A stretch of DNA of 64,000 nucleotides from Phoronis australis (Eukaryota > Animalia > Phoronida): NCBI GenBank assembly GCA_002633005.1, contig NMRA01000003.1:1-64000 (forward strand), in the 5' to 3' direction. A program made the position numbers and the translations under genes. Below are positions 14,075 to 36,190 of this stretch, in pieces. The first letter of the stretch is position 1, and the number at the start of each line of letters is the position of its first letter. Below the pieces are notes generated by a model that saw nothing but the letters and a program-made list of their open reading frames with translations, ran no database searches and was not told the DNA's origin.

Positions 14075-14196
14075 GTCCATCTGTTAACAAAGCCAAGCTC
14101 TACCGACATCAACAAGAGAGGTCAAGATCAGGGACATTAAACAGGGATGAGTCATCACCCATTTTATCACATAGTCGCAGTTACAATGCCCTATAG
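14075..14196 (+). CDS. NPC1: Alternative (distal) terminal coding exon of NPC1
   Basis: Acceptor ccctttccacacag|GT in the same phase as exon 12087. Encodes GPSVNKAKLYRHQQERSRSGTLNRDESSPILSHSRSYNAL*, paralogous to the proximal tail. AATAAA follows at 14477, 14795 and 15359. Confidence 0.88.
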
Positions 14197-17022
14197 ATAT
14201 CATGTTCATAGTGTCACATATTTATTGGTGTAGTATATGTGGTGTAAGCATGTCATCTTGATAAACTTAGTTAAATCTGTTTGTTAATTTTCCAGTAATG
14301 GCTTTATGTTGTGGTCATGCATAAACTTTTTGTGTTTAATTTATTCCACTCATGGGGCATTCTACCGTTTTGAAGCACATTGTTTGCTATTGGCCACTAT
14401 GTAAGTTTTGAAATACATAATGTCACTTCAATATTTCATGTTAGGCATTAGTTATCATTCCATAAAACTTTTGCATAATAAACTTATTGTAATTATTGAA
14501 TTATTTGTGTACAGAATGTTGACTTTTTATTTAATACACGATTACAATGCAAAGTAACTTCACATTGTTAAGGTGATGGCCATTGTCATCCAGCTGAATG
14601 ACTAGACGCAGACAATTATCAATCCCTATTTCTGAATCTAAACTGTCCAAATAATTTATCGACAGTGTTGAGTGGTTGCATTTATTTAACAAACACTTGG
14701 ACTGCATTGTTTTGCACGAGACACTCTAATTGAGACCAGAATTTCTGATAATGTTAGAGATAAGGCCATGTTGATACCTGATGAGAGTTTACCAAATAAA
14801 TGTATATTATGTTGATTGCACGCTTGTCTTGTCAAATAAGCTCTTTATCGCGCAGAAAGTATGAAATATACCTCATCACTGGGCACCCTTTATAAGTTGT
14901 TAATCGTGTGGAATGATGTTAATCAATGCAAGCTAGATTGTCTTACAGGTGCTTTCTATGACAAGTGTGCATTTCCATTCACTTCCACTGCTTTGTATCT
15001 GTGAAAGTGCATGACAATCGGTTGTTCTACAGGTTATTTTTCAGGATGTTTTTTATCCATTAAGCAACAGTGCTAGTCATTAAACTGGGTGTCTGTGACA
15101 TGCTTGCCAAGTGCAGGAACGATCTAATCAGGGAAACTTGAATAATTATGTAGTTTAGGAGCACTCATTTGCTTCAATTGTCGGGTTGTGGGTTGTCTTG
15201 TTTACACTTCAGCTCTGTATACTGGATTTAATTTGTTCTGTATTTAATTTATGCACTCGTAAAAAATCCAGGGGTGCGTTACACAATGGTGTCATGGGTG
15301 ATCTCAAGGCCAGAGTGGTACAAGATTAATGTTGATTGTATGTAATCGTTTGTGGTGAAATAAAAATATTGTGAAGTACGGTATACGTTTTTATCATGCG
15401 ACGCTCAGCACATTCCTTTTACCGTTTCTGAGGGTCTACTAGGGAAATCATTGCATTGTATAAAGCAATGCAAGGCATTGATTGGTGCACCAAAACTTAT
15501 GGCGGAGGTATCGTTATTTTCACACTTATTAGATACTAGTTGAACAATGACCAACACAAGGAATAGCTAGTCAAAGACAACCCTTAACATGTAGCATCCA
15601 CTTAAGTCATCTGATGACATTTTGTAATAATTGACAGAAACTGAACATCTTAGAGAAACTATCAATGCATGCATCTTTCATTAAAATCTGCCTGCAGAAA
15701 CAACAAATTTTGGAAAACGGTGGTGCCCCCCTCTCGATATAAACTTTTTAAAGTAAAGCAGAGAAATCCTGCATGGCTGTTGTACCAAAGAACTAAAATG
15801 TTCTCCATCAAACTTTCAGGGAAGTCTTGAATTAATGGATGGGATTTTGCAATTTAAGTGAATGACCTGTCATCCAAAAAATCACTATTGGCTATCCTCG
15901 AGACTAGCAGTCTTCCTACTGTGAGTGTGCGCTGTTTTCCAGGGCATTCTCCAGTTTTGATCACATGGAATTGTAATGCTTATGAACCTGGTTTACAACA
16001 TTGACCTCAAAATCAACTAGGTCAACTTCAGGGTTAACAAACAGAACTGTATTCTCAGAAGTTCGACTTGTTATTGATTGAGAAATGTAAATTTTACCAA
16101 CACACAGGCTGGCTTAAAAATGGAAGCCAGACAAGAATCAAATGCTTTTATTAACAACGTTTATTTTTGGTTTGTAAAGTAAAAGTTTTGGCCACCATGA
16201 ATGTTAAATTATTTGATACTGATTGCCTCGTGTCTGATACATATCCACACCTTTCAATTCACTAGTAACACAAAGGATGTGAACATAATTCGTTATACAA
16301 CAGACAATAACTCGGGAAAAGTGATTAAAATTAAATAACTACTATAAAAATAACAACAATGAACTACCACAAGTCGCATCCAACTGGAAAAAGCAGTCTA
16401 GTAAGGTTAAATTTGACTCAACTGAAGGACTGAGTTCAAGAATTGTAATAACAAACGACATGGATCTTTGTCAGAGTTAAGGGAATATCCATCTTTTGCA
16501 GTTCTACAGTGTACAGATGTATGTTCTCTGAATTTTTAGAATTAACATTTAAATAACTTATAAAACATGGTAATAACAGAACTCGGTGAAAGCTAAACAT
16601 AATGGCCAAACTGAGTGTAAGTCACGCCTGCCCAGATGAACCTACGGAAACAACAAGTAACTGGTGAAGTTCGCTTCATACTGTATAGGAACGTTAAATG
16701 GCAATATCACAAAAACACTAAAATTTTTTGAAAATAGATATAAAGCTTTTAACATCTATGCATCAATACTGGTAGACTAGAATAAAGAAAACAGTCTCTC
16801 GCAGAGCTTCATTTCCAAAATGCCTGCACATGTGCAACTGGGAATGAGTGCATTCAAATCACAGTAACAACAACAGCATAATCTGTTACAGCAAAACAAG
16901 ACCGTTCTAACATAAAGCAGATATCTGATGAATTATACACTCAAGCAAACTGTATGCCACTAACACACCCTGATATTAGTTCATGGAAAATCAAAGCTGG
17001 CGTCAGCTGTCAAAGACCACAT

Positions 17023-27842
<10,820 letters not shown>

Positions 27843-28794
27843 CTTCTTCGGCTACAAATATTCTTTCAACCTAAAATAGAAACAAAGAATGCAAGGAAAA
27901 GTTTCTCCTTTAAACTGTTTAGAATCCTATACAAACATACAATTCAGTCATTCAGCGATACAATATACAGTCCTTAAAACAGACCTGTTGCCACATAAGC
28001 GTCAGTTCTCATCTCAAAAGCTCGATGAAAATTTGACATTGATGCGAAAGCAAACATTTTTTTTGGTAAAAATGAAGATCCTTTAAGCCAAAAAAGGTTG
28101 GTTCAGTTCTGTGTTTTTATGAAATGGTGTTGGTGGTGAGGAATATTTTTAGTTGCCTACTTCTTCAATAAAAAAGTCTACCCAAGACGAGCAAAAGTGA
28201 CGCGGGGTTATTTTTTTTGTAACTCATTGCTTGGTAAATTAAGGCATTTCAAATCTTGCTCACATTGCTAACGTGCCTTTGCGCAGCTATTTAAAAAATA
28301 TACAAGACCTTGGATGAAACTGATGCGGGTTCGTTTTTTTCTTTTGTTTTTAAAAGACTCTTTCCCCCAAAAACCTGGAAAGAATAACTATTTCTATATT
28401 AAGTCTTTAATCCGTATAGTAATCCTAACCTCCTTCCAACTGAAACGGTTGGAAAGGCTGCTATTATATAATTTAAATGAGTCTAAGAAACTCCAAGGGC
28501 AGCTCTCCAAAGCCCAGTATGGATTCTGTATGATGTTGCAACAGAAACTGCCCTACTAATACATGAGTTAAGTGTACTACGAATAGGGAAAAATGTTGAA
28601 AGAAACGAACAGAAATAGGTCTTTTACACATTGCTGGTGCTTTTGATAATAATGCCATAGAAACTGCCTTACAAGAACCAGACGGAAGCCATATTTTTAG
28701 CCTATGGGAGCTTATTTGCATCTTAACATATACCTATGGTATACACCATAAATAAAGAAGACAGTATTAGTATGCCAATGGAACAAAAACTTAA

Positions 28795-29762
28795 AGTGTA
28801 CACAACATGACTCTAGTACCTCAAAATAAATTTTATTATTATCATACTTACTTGATTTCAGTGCCTTTAGTGCACAGCTCATAAAGAAACACGCAAAAAT
28901 TGAAAAAAAAAATAATTATGTACAACATCATGAGTTGAACCCAAGTCGTTCGCCATACTGATCGGAACAGAAACAAAGTGTATAGAGTGAAGAGAAAGCA
29001 AATAACATTTAGCGTCGAGAAGGTTCGTAGAGGGATCAAAAGATCTGTTGCCGGAGGCTGCAGCAACAACAGCCAGGCGGAGAACGTCTCGGTGTTCCGA
29101 AGGACACCAAAGTTGCGCAGAAGTGGCATCGCTTCGTGCGCCAAACGAGAGTGTGGGACCTCATCGTGAACCAAGCGCTTCGGTCCGGGGCCACTCTGTG
29201 TTTTGTCCACTTTGAGGACTCGTGTTTCGACTGATCCAGTCACAGGAGATGTTACGATGAAGGCCTGGTTCAATAAAGGACAATATTTATCATTCAGAAA
29301 CATCGGCTCTTAATTCAGAATCGTCTGTTGGATGACTGGGTTGACTCGCCGAGCCCGAGGCCGCTTCTCTCGCGGGAGGATCCAGTTCGTAAGGCTCAAA
29401 GAAGAAAAGTACGCAGCCGGAAGCACATCAAACTTGGTCTCGCTTTCGTGCAACCCCATTTCTTCATCCTGGCCACCATTCCCGTACGTTTCTTCATGGT
29501 ATTCATTCAATTCTTGCTCATAATTGTTGTCGCTTTCAAATTCACTGCTCTCCGCTATTGTTCAATGCTAGTCACTGATCTCTTGTGTTCAACCCATGAC
29601 GTCACATGGCGGGAAATGTGAAAATTGGCAAAATTGAAAGAAAAATCAAAATTTCGAGCTAATTACAGAAAATAAACATGGGTTTAGCTAAATTTTACGT
29701 CATACATTTAGTCTGTGGCCACCGGTAATTCAAAATGTGCAAAAATCCATGGTGTGTACTGT
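28795..29762 (+). mobile_element. Internally deleted Kolobok-like DNA transposon
   Basis: TTAA at 28791-28794 and 29763-29766. TIRs AGTGTACACAACATG and revcomp ACAGTACACACCATG (12/15). Frameshifted THAP domain on + and a convergent second ORF remnant on -. Confidence 0.75.
29035..29234 (+). pseudogene. THAP zinc-finger domain remnant (transposase N-terminus)
   Basis: IKRSVAGGCSNN..NVSVF, a frameshift near 29098, then KDTKVAQKWHRFVRQTRVW..LCFVHFEDSCFD*. Matches the THAP C2CH pattern with the first Cys mutated. Confidence 0.8.
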
Positions 29763-31361
29763 TTAAGAAGCAACAAAAGTCTGGCAAAGTTTGTACTTTT
29801 GCCCACTACTTGATGTGCGTGATTCCTGCTGCTCTGCATGGCAAGGTTTGAAATTTCACCACTACGTGACACGCCCAATTACCTGCTGTTTGACCTTTAA
29901 ACAGGGTCAGACATTGAATGACCCCGATCGATAGGTCAAGAAGCAGCCAATCACAGTGATAAACAAGCATGTCACATAGTGACGAGATTGCAAACCCGCT
30001 TGCTTGATGACTTCCTCCGCATCTATGTAGGTATGTAATGGTGTATGCAAGCCCCTTCTTTACTTATTGTGGTACATGCACTATATTCTGACTGACATAA
30101 GCTCCCTAAACATGGCAGGTTCCCGGCCACAGGTGTCCTCAGCTTCTGATCGTCCCCAATACGCCTGTGTTCCCGGCAAGTGGCAAGGCTGCAACCTCAC
30201 CAGACTTCTAGTGCGTCTCAGTACATTCTAGGCAGTACCATCGTCTCAACTGTCAACTGGACTGGAGTACTGGGGCATTAGCTGAGATGGTGGTGCATGA
30301 ACCATGGAATCCTGCTTCATGAACATCACACACTAGTATGAGTCAACCTTGGAATACACCATGAAACTCGGAAAGTTCACACAAAGAATATAGTCCGCAT
30401 TCATACACACCTGCACTGTACTGAATCAAAGTACACGACAATAAAATTTTTAACCAATCTCTTTACGATTCAAGTATTGGCGATCTAATTCTAATAATAT
30501 ACCATGCAAACAAAAACTAATTAGCCTATTAGCCTTGGCTTAGGTCTGGAACACATGTTCCTCCGAAGCTGTGACACAAGTTCCGGTAAGGGATAAAATC
30601 GTGTGGACAATAACTGCAAAAATTCTTCACAATGAACGAAAAAGTTCACCTGATTACTATGATCAATTCCAAGTCCACACATTCGCGGACTTGAAATTAA
30701 AAGCAGAGGGTGGGATTCCAAATCCAAGTTCACGGAAGCAGCACTGTCTAGTTGAACGTGCGTTGTTGGGTTGAAAAACATGTGTAAATTAGTCAATAAA
30801 TGTTACCAAGATGCCTACACAAAGTCCCTTTGCAAATACAAACCGTGTAGGACGTGAGCACCGCTGCTTGTTGCTTAATAATCGTCCGAACTTTGCACCA
30901 TGCACTGAACGTATTTTCGTCTTTAGCGATATCCAAACACGCTAGGTGGCGATGTGATTTCCAGATGCCGTGCTCGTCACCAGGTGACGTGTCCGTCTGC
31001 TCCACAAGTCAGAAGTGCCAATCACATCATAGATTATAGACAACAGATGTACTATAGTCTATGATCACATAGACTAATACTATTGTGATGTCTATGGCCA
31101 AACAACTGTCGTGAACTAGTCTCCGACATTTCGTGAACGGTTCTCTCAAAAATAGTTCGGCTATGTATGGGCTTACTAAATAGAAGTCCATGAGCAGGAC
31201 AAATTAACAAAAGCAGTAGTGATTGCTGCTTGGCAGTGGTTTGATACCTGCAGTTCTTTAGCACGGTTTTTCAATAAAATGCCGCATCTGCAGTTACATT
31301 AAAATTTTCAAAAAGGAGACAAGTTGGACATGTCAGTGTCCTCTTTTAATCGCCTTTTTAA

Positions 31362-31424
31362 AGGCGTCCTCAGCTTCTGATCGTCCCCAATACACTTGGG
31401 GACGATCAGAAGCTGAGGACACCT
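31362..31424. repeat. Near-perfect hairpin (25-bp perfect stem, 5-nt loop)
   Basis: GTCCTCAGCTTCTGATCGTCCCCAA-tacac-TTGGGGACGATCAGAAGCTGAGGAC. A third arm copy lies at 30130-30159. Confidence 0.95.
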
Positions 31425-32389
31425 GCGTTTCTCAGTGTGCACTCATGTCCGCGGACCGCGCAACCGTCGTCGAGGTGGCAAGGCGGGGCCGACCGGACGG
31501 CAACCTCAGTGTAATGGCACGAGTCATCCAGCCCTTGTGATAATCAGCATCAAATACAATACAGGAAAGTGTCAAACACTATCAGCAATATAATTTCTTC
31601 TTCGCTTGAATGCGAAATTGAATGATATTTGCATGTTGGCCATCTTTTTCCTTCATGACTGAGTCACGAGTCTGATGAATTTTGTAACACTGGGATTATG
31701 TATAGCTGTAGCCAAATATCGTTTCGGAATCCTAAGGTTATCGTAGAATGGACATTCGGCAACAAAATGATATTATGACTTGACACATGGCCTAATACAA
31801 AGAGGGCTTAATCTTTCTGGTCTGCTAAGTTTCAAGTGTCTCCCCTTAGTGCATGCGATGAACGTCTTACCTTATCAGATCTAACATTTACATTGTCAAT
31901 TACATTTAAGTAATTTTTAAACATATGTTTAATTTAAAAGTTCTGTAAATTTCCAGATGATTCGAATTGTTTCAAATTTCCGGCAGCTTGCCATTTTTGT
32001 TTACTAAGTTTGATCTTATGTCTACTGATTGGTATTCGACATAACATAAAGCCACAAGTTTTTCTATTCCCAGAAAAAAATGATTTGGCGTTGCAGCGAA
32101 GTAATTGCCTCCACAAACAAGCATCCGTCTGACATACAGTTCATGTGGCGTGAAACATGGGGCAAGACGCCCCCAAAACAGAAAAAAAATGTAACAATGA
32201 AGAGGCGTTACAAAGAAGTCCACCTGTAGATATGTTCATTTCATCTGGGAAAAGTCGCAGTAGCCTATTGATTACTGGCCCTAAACTCGTTACTGACGTG
32301 TTTCTTGATTTTCTAGTAATTTGGATTTACTGCTAATAAAAACTATTACAGACGGGCAGCCAGGCAGGCAGATACACAGGCAAATAGAT

Positions 32390-33370
32390 ACAGGGTAGTT
32401 TATTTAGCCCATAGACATCACATTGAGAATTTTAATACATCTTAAAAGATGTCTGTGATTTAATCATTCATGATACAAATAGTCATGCATCTACACAAGT
32501 CGTTTCTTCTTACTAAACGCAACTTGAAGTGGCTTGAGTGGGACTTGTAGTAGCCAAAGGTAAATAACAAAAATTTACTAAGACTATATGTGTAATAGTC
32601 ACTGACTATTTTCAAGTATCAAAACAATTAAGACAAGGAGACTTTCAAAAGGCTAATTAGCGGCTTGCATGAATGCCACCTAAATCTAATTATTCAAAAA
32701 TAAACTAAGTACTCGTTTCAGCAATTTATCTCAGTACTTGATATATCTCACTACATGAGCGAAACAAGAACCTGTTTCTAGTATCAACAAAATGATTATA
32801 TATCTGTGTAAAATATGTGTACATGTACAAGGGACAAATATCTAAGTATTACAGTATAAACTACCGATGCAATAATGGGAAAAACTAAAATAAGGTATAG
32901 ATTAAGGATGATACAAACTTAAAAAATGTTTGATACAACAAAGGAAAAAGGAATGAACGCGTTATACATTATGTTATACTATAAGAATAACTACAATAGA
33001 AAGACAAAACTAAACATCCAAAATGGCTAGGTAGGTGTATCTATATGACTGAAATTCATTACACAGCGCAGGGAAACAAAAATCAGTGGTGATAGGTAAG
33101 ACACATCTCTCAAATACTTTAAAATTTTAAAACTTTAACTATGCTGAGATGCAAAGATTCTGCAGTTTGATATTGAGAATTTTTCTGAATAGTTTTGTAA
33201 TAGGTGTTTTTTGCAGCTGAAGAGAAGTCGTGAACGGAGTGAGTAGATATCTTTTCAATTATGTTTTCTGGAATGATATAATAATTAATAATTTCTGGAA
33301 GAACGTTACGTACTAGGCTCTTGGCTTTAGTGAGCGGTATTGCTAATAATGGGTTGAGGGGTGTACGTAA
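32390..33370 (-). mobile_element. Decayed LINE 3'-end fragments
   Basis: Minus-strand peptide AKSLVRNVLPEIIN..IPENIIEKISTHSVHDFS resembles the C-terminus of CR1/L2-group ORF2. A YLDICPLY remnant lies near 32830. Confidence 0.45.
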
Positions 33371-34472
33371 GCTTACAGATATATCAGTATTCAATAAACA
33401 TAAAATAGGCCCTTTGGCCACGCTGTCGGCTTAGCTGGCAATTCGGCTGGAGCTGGCCAGCGAAGCCAAAGTGCTTTGAAGCCTTACAACTGTGGTTGTA
33501 CTGCCGACGTTGTCGGCAACTAGGCCGGAGCCGGCCGGGGAAGTGCTTTGAGACCTTCGTGTTGTGGCCGCACTTTTCAGATGATCTAAATCTAAAGGTC
33601 TTTGACGAGTGAAACGTGTGGAAAGTGATTCTAGCTATCAATCAAGGACTTAAAACGAATATCTTCTAGTGAAAATGAAATTGATCATGGAAATGCCTAG
33701 TTGACCAGATCTGCTCACTTTTAACCATGGCAGGCATTCAGATTTCAAGGGAAGACTTCCCTTTGGGCATCAGTTTCACCTAGACTACGACCGAGTTGGA
33801 ACTGTGTAGCCAGGCCAGGATAACCCGGGCTGCCGATATCTACTTGGGCTTACCAAAGTCTCGAAAGGAGAACACAACATAAAATACGCAACTCACTGAA
33901 ACAACAGACGCTCTAACAAAAAATTACAGGCTACAAGACAACGACACATTTGTTCATGTCAACCTGATTTTGTCATAGTGCAGGCCCCAATCAGTATTTG
34001 TTGACTTGGACTTGAGATAACAATTATCACTGCTTCCAGTCCAAAGCACAGACGATTACTCGAGGCAGCAGTAAGGTATGATTTTGAAAGTGCCTTTCCT
34101 GAATATTGCATCACTTCCCATCGTACGCCCATCCCAGGGCGATCATTAGCTGTTACCGAAGTGCCGCATGTTCAGGTGTTCAAAACAAAAAACTTTCTTC
34201 ACTGGTGTATTTCTGTCCAAATTAGCCACGTCGTTGCGTTCTTACCAAGGTCACCAGTAATTCCTCTGACAGTCGTGCAGTGTAGATGACTGAAACTGCC
34301 AGTTCTTCTTGTCTAGAATCATTTTTAATCCGAATTAGGAACAAGGTTTGACCTTTTTCAAAACCATAAGATCCTAAATCAAGAGGCCTGGATCAAATGA
34401 TTTAGTTTTTCACTAAAGGCGTGCGTTTATTTCATCTTTAATTGTCACTCATGTGTTTTAGGTAACCTCAAG

Positions 34473-35690
34473 ATGAGAGGTCTGAATGACTCGTTCTTGT
34501 CCGTTTTGCTTTTCACTACTGTGCTAGGCGGAGTTCTGATGGCAGCTGCCTGCCCCCCAAAATGCACATGCACGGTGGGAGGATTTGTCAACTGCAGCCG
34601 ACTGAGTTTAACAGAAATTCCATACGACTTACCAGCCGATACAAAAGTCATTGATTTATCAATGAACAACATTTCACGTATACAGGCAGACCGAATAAGT
34701 TATTTGACCAAACTGACGTCGTTGGATCTCAGCAACAATCAACTTACCTCTGGCAGTATTGCGACTGATGCCTTTCTACATAATCCTGCTCTGTCGACGT
34801 TGGACGTCAGTTACAACAGCTTAACGGACATGCCCAAGTTGCCCACATGTCTAGTGACATTATATTTTATACAAACTGGTCTCGAGGAAATGTCGGAAGA
34901 TTCCTTCGTGAATGCAACAAATCTTCAGATACTAGCACTGAGTAACAACAATCTACAACGCCTTCATTCCGGGACGTTCTCAAAACTTTTTACTTTACTT
35001 GATCTACGGCTCGACTTTAACCAGTTCACAGACGAAGGGTTTCCCTCCAGTGTATTCCTACCACTGATTCATCTACAAGTTATCTACTTACGATTCAACA
35101 AACTGACTAGAGTGCCAACAGGACTTCCACATTTTCTGAAACACCTTGACTTGGTTGGCAATCAATTCACAGCGTTGCCTTTCAAATCCTTTGATGATGT
35201 GAAGAACCTAGAAACGCTAGGGATATGGCAAAATCACTTACGTGAGATCGAGGATGGAGTGTTTGATGGTATGAGCAAGCTGCAGATTCTGGATGCCAAT
35301 ACAAATGGCCTGACGAAGATCAGAAATGGAACTTTGAGAGGACTTACGTCCTTAAAAACAATTTATTTGAGCTTAAATAACATCACTTATATCGAAAGTG
35401 GTTCTTTCGATTCTCTTAAATCTTTACAGGCACTATGGCTGGATTTTAATCCCCTGGTTACAATGTCTCAAAATTTGCTTAGTAACGCCACCTTGCCACA
35501 TCTTTCGACCGCATTTTTGGCTGGAAGTCAATGGCAGTGTGACTGCAGGCTTCGCTGGCTACGAGAACTTGAAGACACGTCTTCAGTTCTCGATTCGCCC
35601 CATTTAATGGTATGTGCTACGCCATCTAATTTAAAAGGCAAGCCATTTGATGAGCTTAAGCCAAAGGATTTCGTATGCAAGAATGGTTAA
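34473..35690 (+). CDS. Secreted leucine-rich-repeat protein (signal peptide, LRRNT, about 12 LRRs, LRRCT; no TM), 405 aa
   Basis: Hydrophobic leader, CPPKCTC..VNC cap, repeated LxxLxLxxN units and WQCDCRLRWL..C..P..LKGK..FVC cap. Acceptor ttttag at 34461 implies an upstream non-coding exon. Confidence 0.93.
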   Translation: MRGLNDSFLSVLLFTTVLGGVLMAAACPPKCTCTVGGFVNCSRLSLTEIPYDLPADTKVIDLSMNNISRIQADRISYLTKLTSLDLSNNQLTSGSIATDAFLHNPALSTLDVSYNSLTDMPKLPTCLVTLYFIQTGLEEMSEDSFVNATNLQILALSNNNLQRLHSGTFSKLFTLLDLRLDFNQFTDEGFPSSVFLPLIHLQVIYLRFNKLTRVPTGLPHFLKHLDLVGNQFTALPFKSFDDVKNLETLGIWQNHLREIEDGVFDGMSKLQILDANTNGLTKIRNGTLRGLTSLKTIYLSLNNITYIESGSFDSLKSLQALWLDFNPLVTMSQNLLSNATLPHLSTAFLAGSQWQCDCRLRWLRELEDTSSVLDSPHLMVCATPSNLKGKPFDELKPKDFVCKNG

Positions 35691-36033
35691 AGGAAAATTA
35701 CGATAACATAAATGATATGAGAAAAACGTGAATGACAAACCTCTTTAGATCAGCGCGATAAGTGATTTAGCGAAACGTTCTATAGACACTCTTAACAGAG
35801 TCATCTTGTGACGTCACTCTCAGGCATCCAAGTTCGTGCAGACATCGTGAACCAAGATATCTTAGGAGTACACGTTTTTGTAACTGGCTGATGGACGATG
35901 GTGAACAAATTATTAATTTGTTGAAGATATCCGTTTGTTTATTTGTTTCGTGAAACGCATTCTAAACTTTGTTTACATGTAGTGTCAGCATCTAGTAGTT
36001 TTGTATGCGTTTGTATAAAAATACTACAAGCCT

Positions 36034-36190
36034 CTGGGTCTAGTTGCATGAAAGTTTTTCGCTGCAAAGCAACAATGACGTCGCATTATCACACGCCACG
36101 TTGCCTACTGTTGAACAGTGCACCTGACGTCATGCAACAATCAAACTTATTCAGCGAATAATTTTGAAATTTTATGCAACCCAGCCCTGG
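36034..36190. mobile_element. About 155-bp MITE (inverted homologue at 51609-51754)
   Basis: Ends ctgggtctagttgcatgaaa and ttttatgcaacccagccctgg. Interior is the reverse complement of 51625-51725. Confidence 0.8.

Noticed and set aside
28848-29303. 151-aa minus-strand ORF with hydrophobic tail
   Set aside because: Antisense to the THAP remnant inside a transposon relic; no coding hallmarks.
30521-31264. Transposase remnant between the 30-bp inverted repeats
   Set aside because: Only short ORFs, with no recognisable DDE or zinc-finger motifs.
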